IMG/VR virus record: IMGVR_UViG_3300024999_000030
Span: 1 to 64,000 of that record
Direction: 5' to 3' (one strand)
Length of the DNA: 64,000 nt
Positions 1 through 10,313 of this stretch are shown piece after piece. Under the pieces are notes generated by a model. It had not been told where the DNA came from and did not search any database. It was given only the letters and a program-made list of their open reading frames with translations. A program made the position numbers and the translations under genes. The number at the start of each line of letters is the position of its first letter. The first letter of the stretch is position 1.

Positions 1-1116
1 CCCTCTGCACCGCCTGAAAGCGAGCCAATTTCTGGAACGGATCCTTTGGCTGAGCCTGAAGCTCCTATCTCTCCTGAGCTTCCCGGTGAAGAGGGATCTG
101 AGGAAGATAAAGATAAGGTTACAACTAGCGAAGAGGCCGGCGAGGCTCTTGAGAAGGCTAAAGAATCTCTTACTAAAGTTAAAGACTTTGTAGTTGATGA
201 GCTAAGTTCTCCTGATTTCGATGCCTCTAGTGCAGATGCTGGCGTTGATATGGTTGAACAGGGTAAGGGCCTTGTTGAAAAGGCCGAAGGTGAGGGCCCC
301 GAAGCGCTTGCTTCCGAGTTGATGGAGTTCGTAAAACACGCAGAGCTTTTCTTAGAAGCAAAGAAGAAAGCTCCTAAGTGCAAAAAGTGTGGTAAAAATC
401 ACTTCCCCTTCCAGAAATGCCCCACCGGAAAAGAAGAGAAAGGTAAGGGTAAAGAGAAAGAAGAGAAGGGTGATAAATCCGAAGGCAAGAAAAAGGAAGC
501 CGCAGCCACTGGTAAGGAAGTAAAAGATATTTCCGCTCCCGCTAACAAAGGAACTGCTGCTAAGGATCCAACGGGTAAGGAAGTAAAGGATATTCCTGAT
601 GTTGTTTCTCCTCTTGCATCTGACTCAGTAGATAGTGATAATGTTGGCGGCCAAGATATGCGCATAGAATCTAAGCCCGAGCAGCACGCAAAGGATATGG
701 CCGCCGCAACATCCACCCCCTCTGGCAAGGTTGCTTCCGAGAGCTTTGCTGAGAAGGTTGGTGCTACCATTCAGGCCGAGCAGCTTCGTCGTGAAAAGGA
801 CCTTGCAGTTGCTAAGATGAAGAGGGCTTTTGATTTAGCTTCCATTCTTGCCAGCAAGGGCCATATTGCAGATACCGAGATTCGTAAAAAGGCTGATGAA
901 TTTTACGAGCTTTCTGATGATGCGTTCTCTTCTGTTAAGAGAATTGTTGAGGCGATGTCTAATGCTCAGGGTCGGGTTAAGGTAGCCAGTGCAATTGCTT
1001 CTATTGGCAATGTTAATGGCGAACGTACTTTAACTGGTGATACTCCTGCAGATGAGAAGTCTCTTACTGAGAAACTCTCTGGTATCTTCACTGGTCCCAA
1101 GATTCGCTTTAAGTAA
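1..1116 (+). CDS. Head scaffolding/prohead core-like protein (5' partial)
   Basis: Frame open from base 1. Acidic/Pro-rich low-complexity N-half, helical C-terminus, upstream of MCP. Function inferred from position and composition. Confidence 0.55.
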   Translation, partial: PSAPPESEPISGTDPLAEPEAPISPELPGEEGSEEDKDKVTTSEEAGEALEKAKESLTKVKDFVVDELSSPDFDASSADAGVDMVEQGKGLVEKAEGEGPEALASELMEFVKHAELFLEAKKKAPKCKKCGKNHFPFQKCPTGKEEKGKGKEKEEKGDKSEGKKKEAAATGKEVKDISAPANKGTAAKDPTGKEVKDIPDVVSPLASDSVDSDNVGGQDMRIESKPEQHAKDMAAATSTPSGKVASESFAEKVGATIQAEQLRREKDLAVAKMKRAFDLASILASKGHIADTEIRKKADEFYELSDDAFSSVKRIVEAMSNAQGRVKVASAIASIGNVNGERTLTGDTPADEKSLTEKLSGIFTGPKIRFK

Positions 1117-1127
1117 AATATTTAGTG

Positions 1128-1158
1128 GTGAGGGGGTCTATATGACCCCCTCACTTTT
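1128..1158 (+). terminator. Rho-independent terminator
   Basis: GTGAGGGGGTC/GACCCCCTCAC stem followed by TTTT. Confidence 0.75.
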
Positions 1159-1186
1159 CCTAATTTTTTAGGCGGAGGATGATATT

Positions 1187-1597
1187 ATGGATATCGGTAA
1201 AGAGCTTGTCAAGTTGGCAGACGAACTCGATAAAGAGGGTTATGTGGAAGCTTCTAATAAAATTGATGAAGTTCTTACACGCATTGCCGCCAAAAAAGAT
1301 GACAAAAAAGAAGAGAACTTTCTACCTGTTCTTAAAATGCGTTGCACAAAAGATGGCGATGATGGTTCTTATACTGTTATAATTGAAGCTCCAGCGGGTA
1401 TAGCCCCAAATGACCCAGTCGTATTAGAATACATGAAAAAGTATGGGCCATATGATGATATTGATGTTGACTATAGAGATATGATGGCTGATTCTGATCC
1501 ATCAAGACTTAATAAATTTACTTATACCATTCAAAATAGAGGTAAGAGTCAAAATCCCGAATTAGATATATCTGGAATTGTCCCCCCTAAGCCATAA
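1187..1597 (+). CDS. Hypothetical head-region protein with ADxLDxxG motif
   Basis: GGAGG RBS; N-terminal LADELDKEGYVEASNKID. Confidence 0.7.
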   Translation: MDIGKELVKLADELDKEGYVEASNKIDEVLTRIAAKKDDKKEENFLPVLKMRCTKDGDDGSYTVIIEAPAGIAPNDPVVLEYMKKYGPYDDIDVDYRDMMADSDPSRLNKFTYTIQNRGKSQNPELDISGIVPPKP

Positions 1598-1624
1598 AGT
1601 TAGACAGTAAAGGAGAAGCTTATT

Positions 1625-2326
1625 ATGATGAGGCCGTTAGACGTAGAAGGATTACCGACGGGTCTTTATAGTGTGGACCCAAATGCCACGTTTCAACCTG
1701 GAATGGTCGGCGGTCTGCAGGCTATTGGTGGTGAAATTTTTATGACTGTGTGTGATGGTGTAACAGTTCCTCCATATGGTATATTTGATGATGTTAAAAC
1801 TCATGCTTTTACTAAGCCAGTATATCATGAGCGCGTTCTTTTAACCCCAGATCCAACTTTTGTTAGTACTGATCAGGCTGGAATTTTATATATCAATCGG
1901 TCTTTAGATAAATCTTTAAGAACTGGAAATATTATTCCATATTCTTTTAAGGTGGACGTTGATGTGGTTTTGAATCCAATTAATGGTATCGTTACTTTTC
2001 CAGCAAATACCCCTCTTAATTATTCTGTGTCTGGAACGTTACCATACGACTCCATTCTTGCTGTGGCCTCTTATACATTTGAAATAGCTGGCACTCCTGG
2101 AGATGACACAACGAGGGGAAGTGGGAAGGTAACAGTGTGGAATAGACGTGGAGAGTATATTACTGATCAGTTTGACACTCTTGCCACCTATCCACTAAAC
2201 GCTCCATTATATGTGTGTGGGGGAAAGTTAACCACCACAGCCCCGTGCGATACAGCACCTATGGTGGGATTTGTTACTGGTCCGCCTTCTACTATTAATG
2301 CGACTTTACAATTCCTTTGGTGGTGA
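1625..2326 (+). CDS. Capsid decoration/cement-like protein, paralog A
   Basis: AAGGAG RBS; shares GM(V/I)G, DD and GSGKVT.W...G.Y.TD motifs with 5513-6217. Confidence 0.55.
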   Translation: MMRPLDVEGLPTGLYSVDPNATFQPGMVGGLQAIGGEIFMTVCDGVTVPPYGIFDDVKTHAFTKPVYHERVLLTPDPTFVSTDQAGILYINRSLDKSLRTGNIIPYSFKVDVDVVLNPINGIVTFPANTPLNYSVSGTLPYDSILAVASYTFEIAGTPGDDTTRGSGKVTVWNRRGEYITDQFDTLATYPLNAPLYVCGGKLTTTAPCDTAPMVGFVTGPPSTINATLQFLWW

Positions 2327-2329
2327 TAG

Positions 2330-3061
2330 ATGCCTAATGCGAACTTAAAAGAAAAGGTGACCGAACGTATCGCGGATACTTTACTTAACACTCCGTGGTG
2401 GACAGTATTCAAAGAAGAAAATTATAGACTGTCCTTAGCTAATAAGCTAATCAACGCTTACCTTATTAATAAAGGCAAGAACACACTTACGGAACCTGAA
2501 TTAAACGATTTACTTAAGCGTGTTGTTTCAGCGGTTACATACGCCGCAGCAAAACCCTCTGATTTATCTAGAGGTGATTTAGCTATGGCTCAAAAATTTA
2601 CACACGATGCATACTCAGCAATGATTACAGCACTAACCCCAGTAACACATATTCCAGAAAATATTCCAGAGACAATGTCTGTTCAACCTTATGCTGGAAA
2701 AAATGAATTTGATTTACCATTACCACGTATTGCATTGGGTAAAATGTTCAGGGGAACTGTGGCTGACATTTTTAGTATTCAATCTATTTCTAAAATGTTG
2801 GATGAGGCCCTTGGTGCACCAGATAAGGAAAATAGAAAAAACTTTTCGTTTACAGAAATAGAGGGACTTTTAAAGGCTTATTTTATAAATGGTGTTTCTG
2901 AAGCTTGGCGTAATGCTGTGAAGGAAACATATCATATTTCCGCTCCAACTATTTTTTCAATGATTAAAATCGCTGATGCTCTAGACGAAGCGGGTTATGA
3001 GCAAGAGGCTAATGAAATTGATTCCATTGTAAGGGGGCTCTTAGATGACCAGCAAAATTGA
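2330..3061 (+). CDS. Hypothetical head-region protein with C-terminal ADxLDxxG motif
   Basis: 243 aa ORF; IADALDEAGYEQEANEID near C-terminus. Confidence 0.7.
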   Translation: MPNANLKEKVTERIADTLLNTPWWTVFKEENYRLSLANKLINAYLINKGKNTLTEPELNDLLKRVVSAVTYAAAKPSDLSRGDLAMAQKFTHDAYSAMITALTPVTHIPENIPETMSVQPYAGKNEFDLPLPRIALGKMFRGTVADIFSIQSISKMLDEALGAPDKENRKNFSFTEIEGLLKAYFINGVSEAWRNAVKETYHISAPTIFSMIKIADALDEAGYEQEANEIDSIVRGLLDDQQN

Positions 3062-4925
3062 TTATTCTGGGGCGTTTGTCGCTCTTCACCGAATTGCAAC
3101 TGTACTAAAAGAGTACGACAAGAGTGTTGAGGCTGACGCTTTAAAGGCGGTTATGTGTAATGATATGGCCGCATTAGAGAAAACCAGTTTGTCTGGTGAA
3201 CAACTTTTGAATCTTCATAATGAGATTCAAGCTGCAATGGACGAAGAGAAAGCCCCCTCTGTAGTTCGCGCTGCAGTAACTGAAATTTTTAAAACCCCGC
3301 TTAAAGCCATGGGAGTGAAAATGTCTAATAAGAAAATAGTGAGTTCTAAGGTTAAGATAGCTGCTAAAGCGCCAGTCACCACTTATCTTAGATTGGAATC
3401 TGACCGCGCCTCTCGACCAAAAGAAATCACTCGTCCCTTGGTGTTGCGTAAGAATCTTAAAATTGACACCACTGGCTATAGTAACTTAGATCAGATTGGG
3501 AGTGGCGAAATACCCTCTATGGTTACAGATGCTTATGATAAAGCAGAGGAGAATTATAACTCTAATCCTAACTCTAATGTTAATAAGGGCCGATTTAAAG
3601 ATACCCAAGAGGCCCATGATAAATCTGGTGTGCTAATTGTTCCATCCTATATGAATTATGGTGTTATGTTTAGAGATGATGTATCTCATATGATTATGGA
3701 GCAAGTGGCTAATCGTGGAACTACGGGATTGTCCACTTATGTTGGTGGTGTTCCTTTAAATAATAATGATTTAAATACCATTGGTGATGTGGCCGTTCGC
3801 TTAGTTCTTAAAAATGAAACCAAACTTGCAAAGCGCGCCGCAGCAATTATTTATACTGAGTTGTTGAGACGAGCTGCGGGAAAACCAGAGGGACTTAATA
3901 AAGCCGCTTATGATAATACATCAATGGCATGGCGCTGGCCCATGGTTTCTAGAGAAGTGGTTTATCCTATTCGCCCAACATCTAATGCTATTCAGTATGC
4001 ACACCCAGATCAAGCCGTGAGTATTGACCCACGTTCTTTATTCGGTATTATAATGCGTATTGATATTAAAAATAAAGTAATGCAGAATGCAGCCACTAGT
4101 CGTCCTATCGGAAGATCAGCTGAAGATTTGAAAGTTCATTATCTTAAAATGTTAAATGCTGGCGAGTTTGCTGAAGCTTTGAAGTTTCGTAAATCAGCTG
4201 CTGATATTTATGATGTAAATTGTGGAGAGTATGACGATAAGATTGTTGAAAGGGCCCATAAAGAGCCTTACGTGAAAGTGGAAGATGGTATTTTCCCAAC
4301 AATCACCAAACAGCAGGATATAGATGAAGCAGCAGCTACAACTACTCCTACTGGAAAAGTAAGTGATGAACCTAAACACTTTGCTTTTATTGATTTGAAA
4401 GATCTAACGGATAAATTCATATCAGCTAAAAAAGAAGAAGATAAAAAAGATGAAAAAACTAAAGAAGAATCTGAACCAGTAGATTTATCTTTTGTTGTTC
4501 CCTCTCTTGAGGATGAGGGAGAGTATCCTTTTTCTCGGGACATTGAAACCAAGGACATGGAAGATGTTTTAAGTGGCCCTGAAGTAACAGAGATTGGAGA
4601 AGAGGTAGAGTCTCCTCTTGGGGAACAGATTCAGAATACTGGTATTAATTTTTCCATTAATCCAGATACTGGAATTGTAACACTTAACGTTAATATGACT
4701 GCTAATAAAACTTTTGATTCTACTGCAGAGGCTATGGACTGGGCAGTAAAATTAAGTGAGTTGCTTAATTCCAGAATGGCAGATATTAAAGCAGCTGGTT
4801 ATAAACTTCCTGCTATTATTAGAGCTGCACAGGTACATAATGAGTTTGTTAAGTTTTTAGCCTCTAGTGTTATTTTTTCTAGAAACATTAACACTCTACT
4901 TGATATGGTGGGTGATTTTGATTAA
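3045..4925 (+). CDS. Hypothetical 626 aa protein, probably virion/head associated
   Basis: Long ORF coupled to neighbours in the head operon. Confidence 0.7.
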   Translation: MTSKIDYSGAFVALHRIATVLKEYDKSVEADALKAVMCNDMAALEKTSLSGEQLLNLHNEIQAAMDEEKAPSVVRAAVTEIFKTPLKAMGVKMSNKKIVSSKVKIAAKAPVTTYLRLESDRASRPKEITRPLVLRKNLKIDTTGYSNLDQIGSGEIPSMVTDAYDKAEENYNSNPNSNVNKGRFKDTQEAHDKSGVLIVPSYMNYGVMFRDDVSHMIMEQVANRGTTGLSTYVGGVPLNNNDLNTIGDVAVRLVLKNETKLAKRAAAIIYTELLRRAAGKPEGLNKAAYDNTSMAWRWPMVSREVVYPIRPTSNAIQYAHPDQAVSIDPRSLFGIIMRIDIKNKVMQNAATSRPIGRSAEDLKVHYLKMLNAGEFAEALKFRKSAADIYDVNCGEYDDKIVERAHKEPYVKVEDGIFPTITKQQDIDEAAATTTPTGKVSDEPKHFAFIDLKDLTDKFISAKKEEDKKDEKTKEESEPVDLSFVVPSLEDEGEYPFSRDIETKDMEDVLSGPEVTEIGEEVESPLGEQIQNTGINFSINPDTGIVTLNVNMTANKTFDSTAEAMDWAVKLSELLNSRMADIKAAGYKLPAIIRAAQVHNEFVKFLASSVIFSRNINTLLDMVGDFD

Positions 4926-5433
4926 ACATAGTGATTCAAAAATTGAAATTATAGAAAAGGCCACTTCTTTTATTACTTCTTCTAAAAATAAACTAGAAGA
5001 GGGTGATAAGTTTGGAGAAGAAGTAGTTGCCACAAGCCAGGCTTTAATGAGTATGGAACTGTATTCTAAAGACGCCACTTTACTTACTCAGTTAATTGGA
5101 TCCGCATCTATAGTTCATGATATACAATTGAGAACTGGTCTTTTAGATACAATTGATGTAATTTTTCAAGAGTTTGGTATATATGCTGGTTACGTGATGG
5201 GCATAAATGATACCATTGCTATAGAGTTCACGTCATTAGTGGACGAAAAAGTATTAATTCCCACAGCCCAATTAAGAAAAGTAATTGCTGATCTCTATGA
5301 AAGTTCTGGAGATAAAAAATTATTAACAAGCCTTTCTATTTTAGATGGCATCAGGGCACAAGTAGAACAAAAACTTTTGGGTAAAAATACCGATGAGTTT
5401 TATGTTTGTAAAACAAAACAGGATTTAAATTGA
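4918..5433 (+). CDS. Hypothetical protein (probable TTG start)
   Basis: ORF track 4867-5433; GGTGGGTGA RBS-like sequence before TTG at 4918. Confidence 0.55.
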   Translation: MIKHSDSKIEIIEKATSFITSSKNKLEEGDKFGEEVVATSQALMSMELYSKDATLLTQLIGSASIVHDIQLRTGLLDTIDVIFQEFGIYAGYVMGINDTIAIEFTSLVDEKVLIPTAQLRKVIADLYESSGDKKLLTSLSILDGIRAQVEQKLLGKNTDEFYVCKTKQDLN

Positions 5434-5512
5434 TATCTATTAATATTTTCATTTGAAGGTGGCTTGCAAATGTATATAGTTTGCAAAGCTTATTACTAAA
5501 GGAGGATGCAAA

Positions 5513-6217
5513 ATGCTTTATTTATTTTACGAGGGTGGCAACCCGTTCGGATTTTTTGATTTTTACAACGATGCCACGTCCGTCGTAACCACAGCACCTC
5601 TCATTCAGGGCGGCATGATTGGCTTCTTTAAGTCTGTCAGCGGCGGTCCCTTGGGTGATGGGTACGGTCCAGTTATTCCTCTGGGCGATGGTCAGGACGA
5701 AGGCGCTGGTTCTCAAATTAAAACGGCGATTGCTCCCGCAACAACTCAGAACGGTTATGTTCACGAGTCATATACTCCGCTTGTGCTGATTGATGACGGC
5801 CACACGGGGTATGGTACTATGTTTGGTCATCAGTTTGGGTATGATAGTGGTTCCACTGCTTACAAATATTATCACGGTTGGCAGACTGGCGACCTAGTTG
5901 GTCCTAATACCATGGCGGGTTCTGGTAAAGTGACTGGCTGGTTCCAGAATGGGCTTTATGGTACGGACAATTATTTTGTTTATGATGAGGCTACCCCCGA
6001 GACACCTGGTACTGCTCTTGCGTGGGATGTCGTTGGTACTGCTGGTAACCACGGCGCTTCATTCTATAAGGGTGGCGGAGCCACCACTGGCACCGATTCT
6101 AAGACAACTGCTTATTTCGTGTCTTGGATGGGTGACCCATCTTACGTTTCGACGTCTTTCGCCGGCGTCGGTGGCGACACTGCAAAGAGCGTGATGCTCT
6201 TCGCGTGGGCGCAGTAA
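5513..6217 (+). CDS. Capsid decoration/cement-like protein, paralog B
   Basis: AAGGAGG RBS; directly upstream of MCP; paralog of 1625-2326. Confidence 0.65.
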   Translation: MLYLFYEGGNPFGFFDFYNDATSVVTTAPLIQGGMIGFFKSVSGGPLGDGYGPVIPLGDGQDEGAGSQIKTAIAPATTQNGYVHESYTPLVLIDDGHTGYGTMFGHQFGYDSGSTAYKYYHGWQTGDLVGPNTMAGSGKVTGWFQNGLYGTDNYFVYDEATPETPGTALAWDVVGTAGNHGASFYKGGGATTGTDSKTTAYFVSWMGDPSYVSTSFAGVGGDTAKSVMLFAWAQ

Positions 6218-6234
6218 GGGAATTTAAAGGAGAA

Positions 6235-7221
6235 ATGACGATGCCTAATATTAATTCTAACTCTCAAGTAGATGCCCTTAAGGAGCTGGTACGTTATGCT
6301 CAGCTTATTGCAGAAGGCGGCGAAAACCTTCCTAGCAATTTTGGACTTTCCAGCAACGAGTCCAGTTATTCCGAAACAGAAAAAGAGGCTCTTCTTAAAG
6401 AGGCTCTCGCTACTGATTCTGGCCGCGTAGCCCTCGGTCAGGCAATGGCAAATCCTATCCGCAGAAACCTTGACTACCAGGGTATTGGTCGCAAGGCCCT
6501 TATCGTAGATCCTCTCCCGCCCGGCGCCATTGCCGTATACGATAAGGATATCGACGTGGGTGCAACTGTTATTTCCTCTAACGGTGCTGCTCCTGAGTCG
6601 CGTGTGTTCGGTGACAGAGTATCTGTTCCCGAATTTGAAGTTGTTTCCTATCCTACAGTCCGTATTGCTGAAGTTCGTCGTCGTAGATTCAATGTAATCG
6701 ACCGTGCCCAGCAGAAGGCTCGTCAGGAAATTCAGGCTCAGGAAGATGCTAATATCTTCGCGGCTCTTGATTTTGCCGCTGGCCAAGAGAACACTGCTCA
6801 GTCGATTCCTGCTGACTTGACTGTTCCCGACCTGCTTGCTCTTAAGAAGCAGATTGACCGCTGGGACCTTGTTACGACCAAGTTCATGCTTAATATTGAA
6901 GAATTCACCGACATCATGGGGTGGTATGCATTAAACTCTTCTGGTTATGGCGTGGATATGGTTACACAGCGTGAGATTCTACAGACTGGTCTCTACGCTC
7001 GTATCTGGGGTGCTGATATTATTGTTAGCAAGATGGTTCCTCGTGGCACCATTTACGCCCTTACGGACCCAGAGTTTGTGGGTGTAATGCCCGTGCGTCA
7101 AGATATCGAGGTATTGCCCGCTGATGAGCCACGACAGCTCAAATTGGGTTGGGTTGTTAATGAAATCATCGGTATCGCGGTTGTAAACGGTCGCGGCGTA
7201 GCCAAAGGAACAAAGGTTTAA
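6235..7221 (+). CDS. Major capsid protein (HK97-fold)
   Basis: AAGGAG RBS before ATG 6235; ~328 aa; ARIWGADIIVSKMVPRGTIYAL-type C-terminal pattern; strong terminator follows. Confidence 0.85.
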   Translation: MTMPNINSNSQVDALKELVRYAQLIAEGGENLPSNFGLSSNESSYSETEKEALLKEALATDSGRVALGQAMANPIRRNLDYQGIGRKALIVDPLPPGAIAVYDKDIDVGATVISSNGAAPESRVFGDRVSVPEFEVVSYPTVRIAEVRRRRFNVIDRAQQKARQEIQAQEDANIFAALDFAAGQENTAQSIPADLTVPDLLALKKQIDRWDLVTTKFMLNIEEFTDIMGWYALNSSGYGVDMVTQREILQTGLYARIWGADIIVSKMVPRGTIYALTDPEFVGVMPVRQDIEVLPADEPRQLKLGWVVNEIIGIAVVNGRGVAKGTKV

Positions 7222-7250
7222 GTTTTTAAATATCAATAGTTACGCTTAAT

Positions 7251-7284
7251 AGGGGGCCGGAGAAATCCGGCCCCCTTGATTTTT
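7251..7284 (+). terminator. Rho-independent terminator after MCP
   Basis: AGGGGGCCGG/CCGGCCCCCT stem plus T-rich tail. Confidence 0.75.
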
Positions 7285-7339
7285 GTCTATTAATGTATTA
7301 TATTTACAGTGTAAACCTAAAGACATGAAGGAGAGTAAG

Positions 7340-8281
7340 ATGGCGACTATGGGAGTATATGCAATTAAAAATAAAGTGAATGGTAAAATATATATAGGTT
7401 CCTCAAATGACCTTCATCGACGCAAGCTGGTCCATTTTAGGGAATTAACTAATAATAAACATTGCAATCGTTGGTTACAAAAAAGTTTTATCAAACATGG
7501 GATGGATAATTTTGAGTTTGAAATTATTGAAGAGGTTCAAGATGAATTAAAATTGATTGAGCGAGAGCAGTATTGGTTAGATTTTCACAAATCATATCAA
7601 TCTCGAAATGGTTATAATATTTGTAAAGTAGCTGGAGGAACAGACGGCATTACGTATACAGAAGAGTCCAAACAGAAAATTTCGGAATCCAGATTGGGTT
7701 GTCCTGGCACTGGTAAAAATACAAAAGGGGACCCAAATAATTTTAAAGCCAAAACATATTGTTTTAAAGACCAAGATGGAAATAACATCGAAATTAAAAA
7801 TCTAGAAGAATATTGTAGACAACATAGTCTCGATGAATCTCATATGAGAAAAGTCTTTTATGGTCGAGCTAAAACTCATGCGGGTTATTCTCTACCAGAC
7901 TATAATCCTCCTCCAGTTAAAGAATACGATTTCAAGGACCCGCAGGGGAATATTCATCACGTAGTTGGGAATCTCAAGAAATGGTGCAGAGAAAACAATC
8001 TTCGATACAGTTCTGTTCAGTATCTAGTCTCTGGCAAAGTCTACCAAGTCCAAGGCTGGTCCCGCCCCCTTACCGAGCTGAAGTCAGCTTATTACAAAAT
8101 CCAACATCCAGACAATAGTATTTCAGAAACCAATAACCTTGCAGAGTTTTGTAGGCAAAATAATTTGGACGGAGGCGCCATGGCTTTAGTTGTTCAAGGC
8201 AAACTCAAACAGCATAAAGGATTTAAGGTTTTAGAATCTTATGTTCCGCCTAATAAATCTCGGCGTAAGAATGTTAATTAA
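7340..8281 (+). CDS. GIY-YIG homing endonuclease with repeated C-terminal DNA-binding modules
   Basis: GVYAIKNKVNGKIYIGSS, R and ELKLIEREQ motifs; three repeats of the Y.F.D..G.......NL..(W/Y/F)CR...L module. Confidence 0.85.
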   Translation: MATMGVYAIKNKVNGKIYIGSSNDLHRRKLVHFRELTNNKHCNRWLQKSFIKHGMDNFEFEIIEEVQDELKLIEREQYWLDFHKSYQSRNGYNICKVAGGTDGITYTEESKQKISESRLGCPGTGKNTKGDPNNFKAKTYCFKDQDGNNIEIKNLEEYCRQHSLDESHMRKVFYGRAKTHAGYSLPDYNPPPVKEYDFKDPQGNIHHVVGNLKKWCRENNLRYSSVQYLVSGKVYQVQGWSRPLTELKSAYYKIQHPDNSISETNNLAEFCRQNNLDGGAMALVVQGKLKQHKGFKVLESYVPPNKSRRKNVN

Positions 8282-8507
8282 CATGAGTCGTCGAGGCTTA
8301 AGAAATTGGGTATGGTTTAGCCGATATCGAACCGCAGTATTGGCCCCATGTTATATTTGTGGTTGGTTGCTCTCTTTTGATGAAGCCACATTGGATCATG
8401 TTGTGCCTAAATCCCTTGGGGGAAAAAACGAATTAAATAATTTAGAAATTTGTTGTGCGAAATGTAATCATAAAAAAGCTGACAGGCTTTTAAAAAATAA
8501 CGGTTGA
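8271..8507 (+). CDS. Small HNH endonuclease
   Basis: CYICG...TLDHVVPKSLGGKNELNNLEICCAKCNHKK. Confidence 0.8.
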   Translation: MLINMSRRGLRNWVWFSRYRTAVLAPCYICGWLLSFDEATLDHVVPKSLGGKNELNNLEICCAKCNHKKADRLLKNNG

Positions 8508-8532
8508 CATTCCCTCTCTTTTAAATTATATT
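8504..8532 (+). promoter_or_regulatory. sigma70-type promoter TTGACA-N17-TATATT (one of 12 copies)
   Basis: TTGAC(A/T)-17 nt-TATATT with -35 at 8504, 9713, 10881, 12239, 12610, 14366, 15503, 16156, 17340, 28443, 30744, 33628. Confidence 0.85.
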
Positions 8533-8582
8533 TCTATTGCACAACATATATATTAATAAAATAAAAATAGCGTGATATCACA

Positions 8583-9716
8583 ATGGAGGGTGACCATAAG
8601 GTGAACGACGATTCGTCGCTAAAAAATAACTACTTCCCTGAAATTTCTATTGAAGACTGGAGCGATTGGAAGTGGCAATATCGTAATAGAATCAAGACAG
8701 TCTCAGGACTGTCTAAATTTTTACCTGTAGACTCTGAATTGTTTAAACGTAGCAACCATGAGCTTCACATGGCTATTACTCCTTATTACCTTAGTCTTAT
8801 TGATAAGAAAAATTATCACGATGATCCAATTTACAAACAGGCAGTACCATCATTAGAAGAATTTAATGATGCAGGGTTAATCGATCCTCTTCATGAATCT
8901 GAGCAGTCTCCAGTAGACGGCATCGTTCATCGCTATCCAGATCGTTGTTTGTTTATTAGTACATCTTGGTGTGCGATGTACTGTAGATTTTGTACGCGAA
9001 AAATTCAATGGGAACACGGCGAGATGCCTAAGTCTCGTCGTCAATTAGAGGCGATGCTGGACTACATTCGTAAGACACCAGCAATTAGAGATGTTATTCT
9101 ATCTGGTGGAGATCCATTATCTCTTCCAATGGATACCTTGGAATTTATTCTATCTTCTCTTCGGAGCATTTCTCATGTTGAGATTATTCGAATCGGAACG
9201 CGTTTTCCAGTAGTATTGCCCCAAAGAATAACAGAAGATTTAACAAACATATTAAAAAAATATAGACCATTATATATCAATACTCATTTTAATCATGTAA
9301 ATGAAATTACAATAGAATCTTCAGCTGCATGTGATAAATTACTTTGTGTTGGTATCCCCGTAAATAATCAATCTGTACTTTTACGTGGAGTTAATAATAC
9401 CACTCAGGACATGCTAAACCTTTGTCATGGTTTATTGAAAATTGGAGTTCGGCCCTATTATTTGTTTGCTTGTGATGCTGTCAAAGGGGCTGAGCATTTT
9501 AGAACTACAATAGAAACGGGTATAAATATTATTGCTGGTATGCGTGGTTTTACTTCTGGTTTAGCTATTCCTCAATTTGTAGTTGACACAGAGGGGGGTG
9601 GAAAGGTTCCAGTAAATCCACATTACGTTGCTCGTAATGAAAATAATGAAATTGTATTGTATAACTATGAAGGTAAAGCTTTTAAATATAAAAATCCAGA
9701 AAAAAACAATAATTGA
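8583..9716 (+). CDS. kamA: KamA-family radical SAM protein (lysine 2,3-aminomutase/EpmB-like)
   Basis: W.DW.WQ N-terminus, HRYPDR, CAMYCRFC (CxxxCxxC), SGGDPL, RIGTR, NQSVLLRGVN, GGGKVP. Confidence 0.9.
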   Translation: MEGDHKVNDDSSLKNNYFPEISIEDWSDWKWQYRNRIKTVSGLSKFLPVDSELFKRSNHELHMAITPYYLSLIDKKNYHDDPIYKQAVPSLEEFNDAGLIDPLHESEQSPVDGIVHRYPDRCLFISTSWCAMYCRFCTRKIQWEHGEMPKSRRQLEAMLDYIRKTPAIRDVILSGGDPLSLPMDTLEFILSSLRSISHVEIIRIGTRFPVVLPQRITEDLTNILKKYRPLYINTHFNHVNEITIESSAACDKLLCVGIPVNNQSVLLRGVNNTTQDMLNLCHGLLKIGVRPYYLFACDAVKGAEHFRTTIETGINIIAGMRGFTSGLAIPQFVVDTEGGGKVPVNPHYVARNENNEIVLYNYEGKAFKYKNPEKNNN

Positions 9717-9758
9717 CTTTTCTAGTTCTCTGTCTTATATTTCGATAGGAGAATAAAA

Positions 9759-10313
9759 ATGAAAGATATTAACGTGGTGTTGTCGTGGTCAGAATTGTCT
9801 GTTGCCGCAGATGTTGGAAAATATAGACACATTCGCTCTCTTCAAAAAAATCTAAAAGATAAACATGGTTTTAACGGCGATGATGGATGGACAATTCATG
9901 TTGAAGGTGCGGCAGGAGAGATGGCTTTTGCTAAAGCAATGAATGTCTATTGGAGTATGGCCTGTGACGTGTTTAAAGCCCCCGACATTGGTGGTAACGT
10001 ACAGATTAGAACTAGGAGTAAGGATGACTATGAACTCATTGTACGACCCGGTGACAGCGATACAGACGCTTTTGTATTGATGACTGGGAAAGCTCCACAT
10101 TTTTGTATTAAGGGTTGGGTTACTGGGAAAGAAGCAAAGCAAAAAGAATGGAGCAAGGCTTATGCTAATCGCCCTGCCGCCTTTTTTGTTCCTCAGTCAG
10201 CCCTACATGATTTATCTACATTAGTAATCCAATCAGAAGTTGGTGACATTTATAATAGTGTTACTGATAAAAATGCTATCGTAAAGGACGACACTCCTCG
10301 GTTTAATCTATAA
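9759..10313 (+). CDS. Hypothetical phage protein
   Basis: AGGAG RBS; own promoter at 9713. Confidence 0.7.
   Translation: MKDINVVLSWSELSVAADVGKYRHIRSLQKNLKDKHGFNGDDGWTIHVEGAAGEMAFAKAMNVYWSMACDVFKAPDIGGNVQIRTRSKDDYELIVRPGDSDTDAFVLMTGKAPHFCIKGWVTGKEAKQKEWSKAYANRPAAFFVPQSALHDLSTLVIQSEVGDIYNSVTDKNAIVKDDTPRFNL

Noticed and set aside
6205-6234. MCP start at 6205 and GIY-YIG start at 7283 as given in the track
   Set aside because: Clear Shine-Dalgarno sequences precede ATG 6235 and ATG 7340; the longer starts overlap the upstream gene or regulatory sequence.
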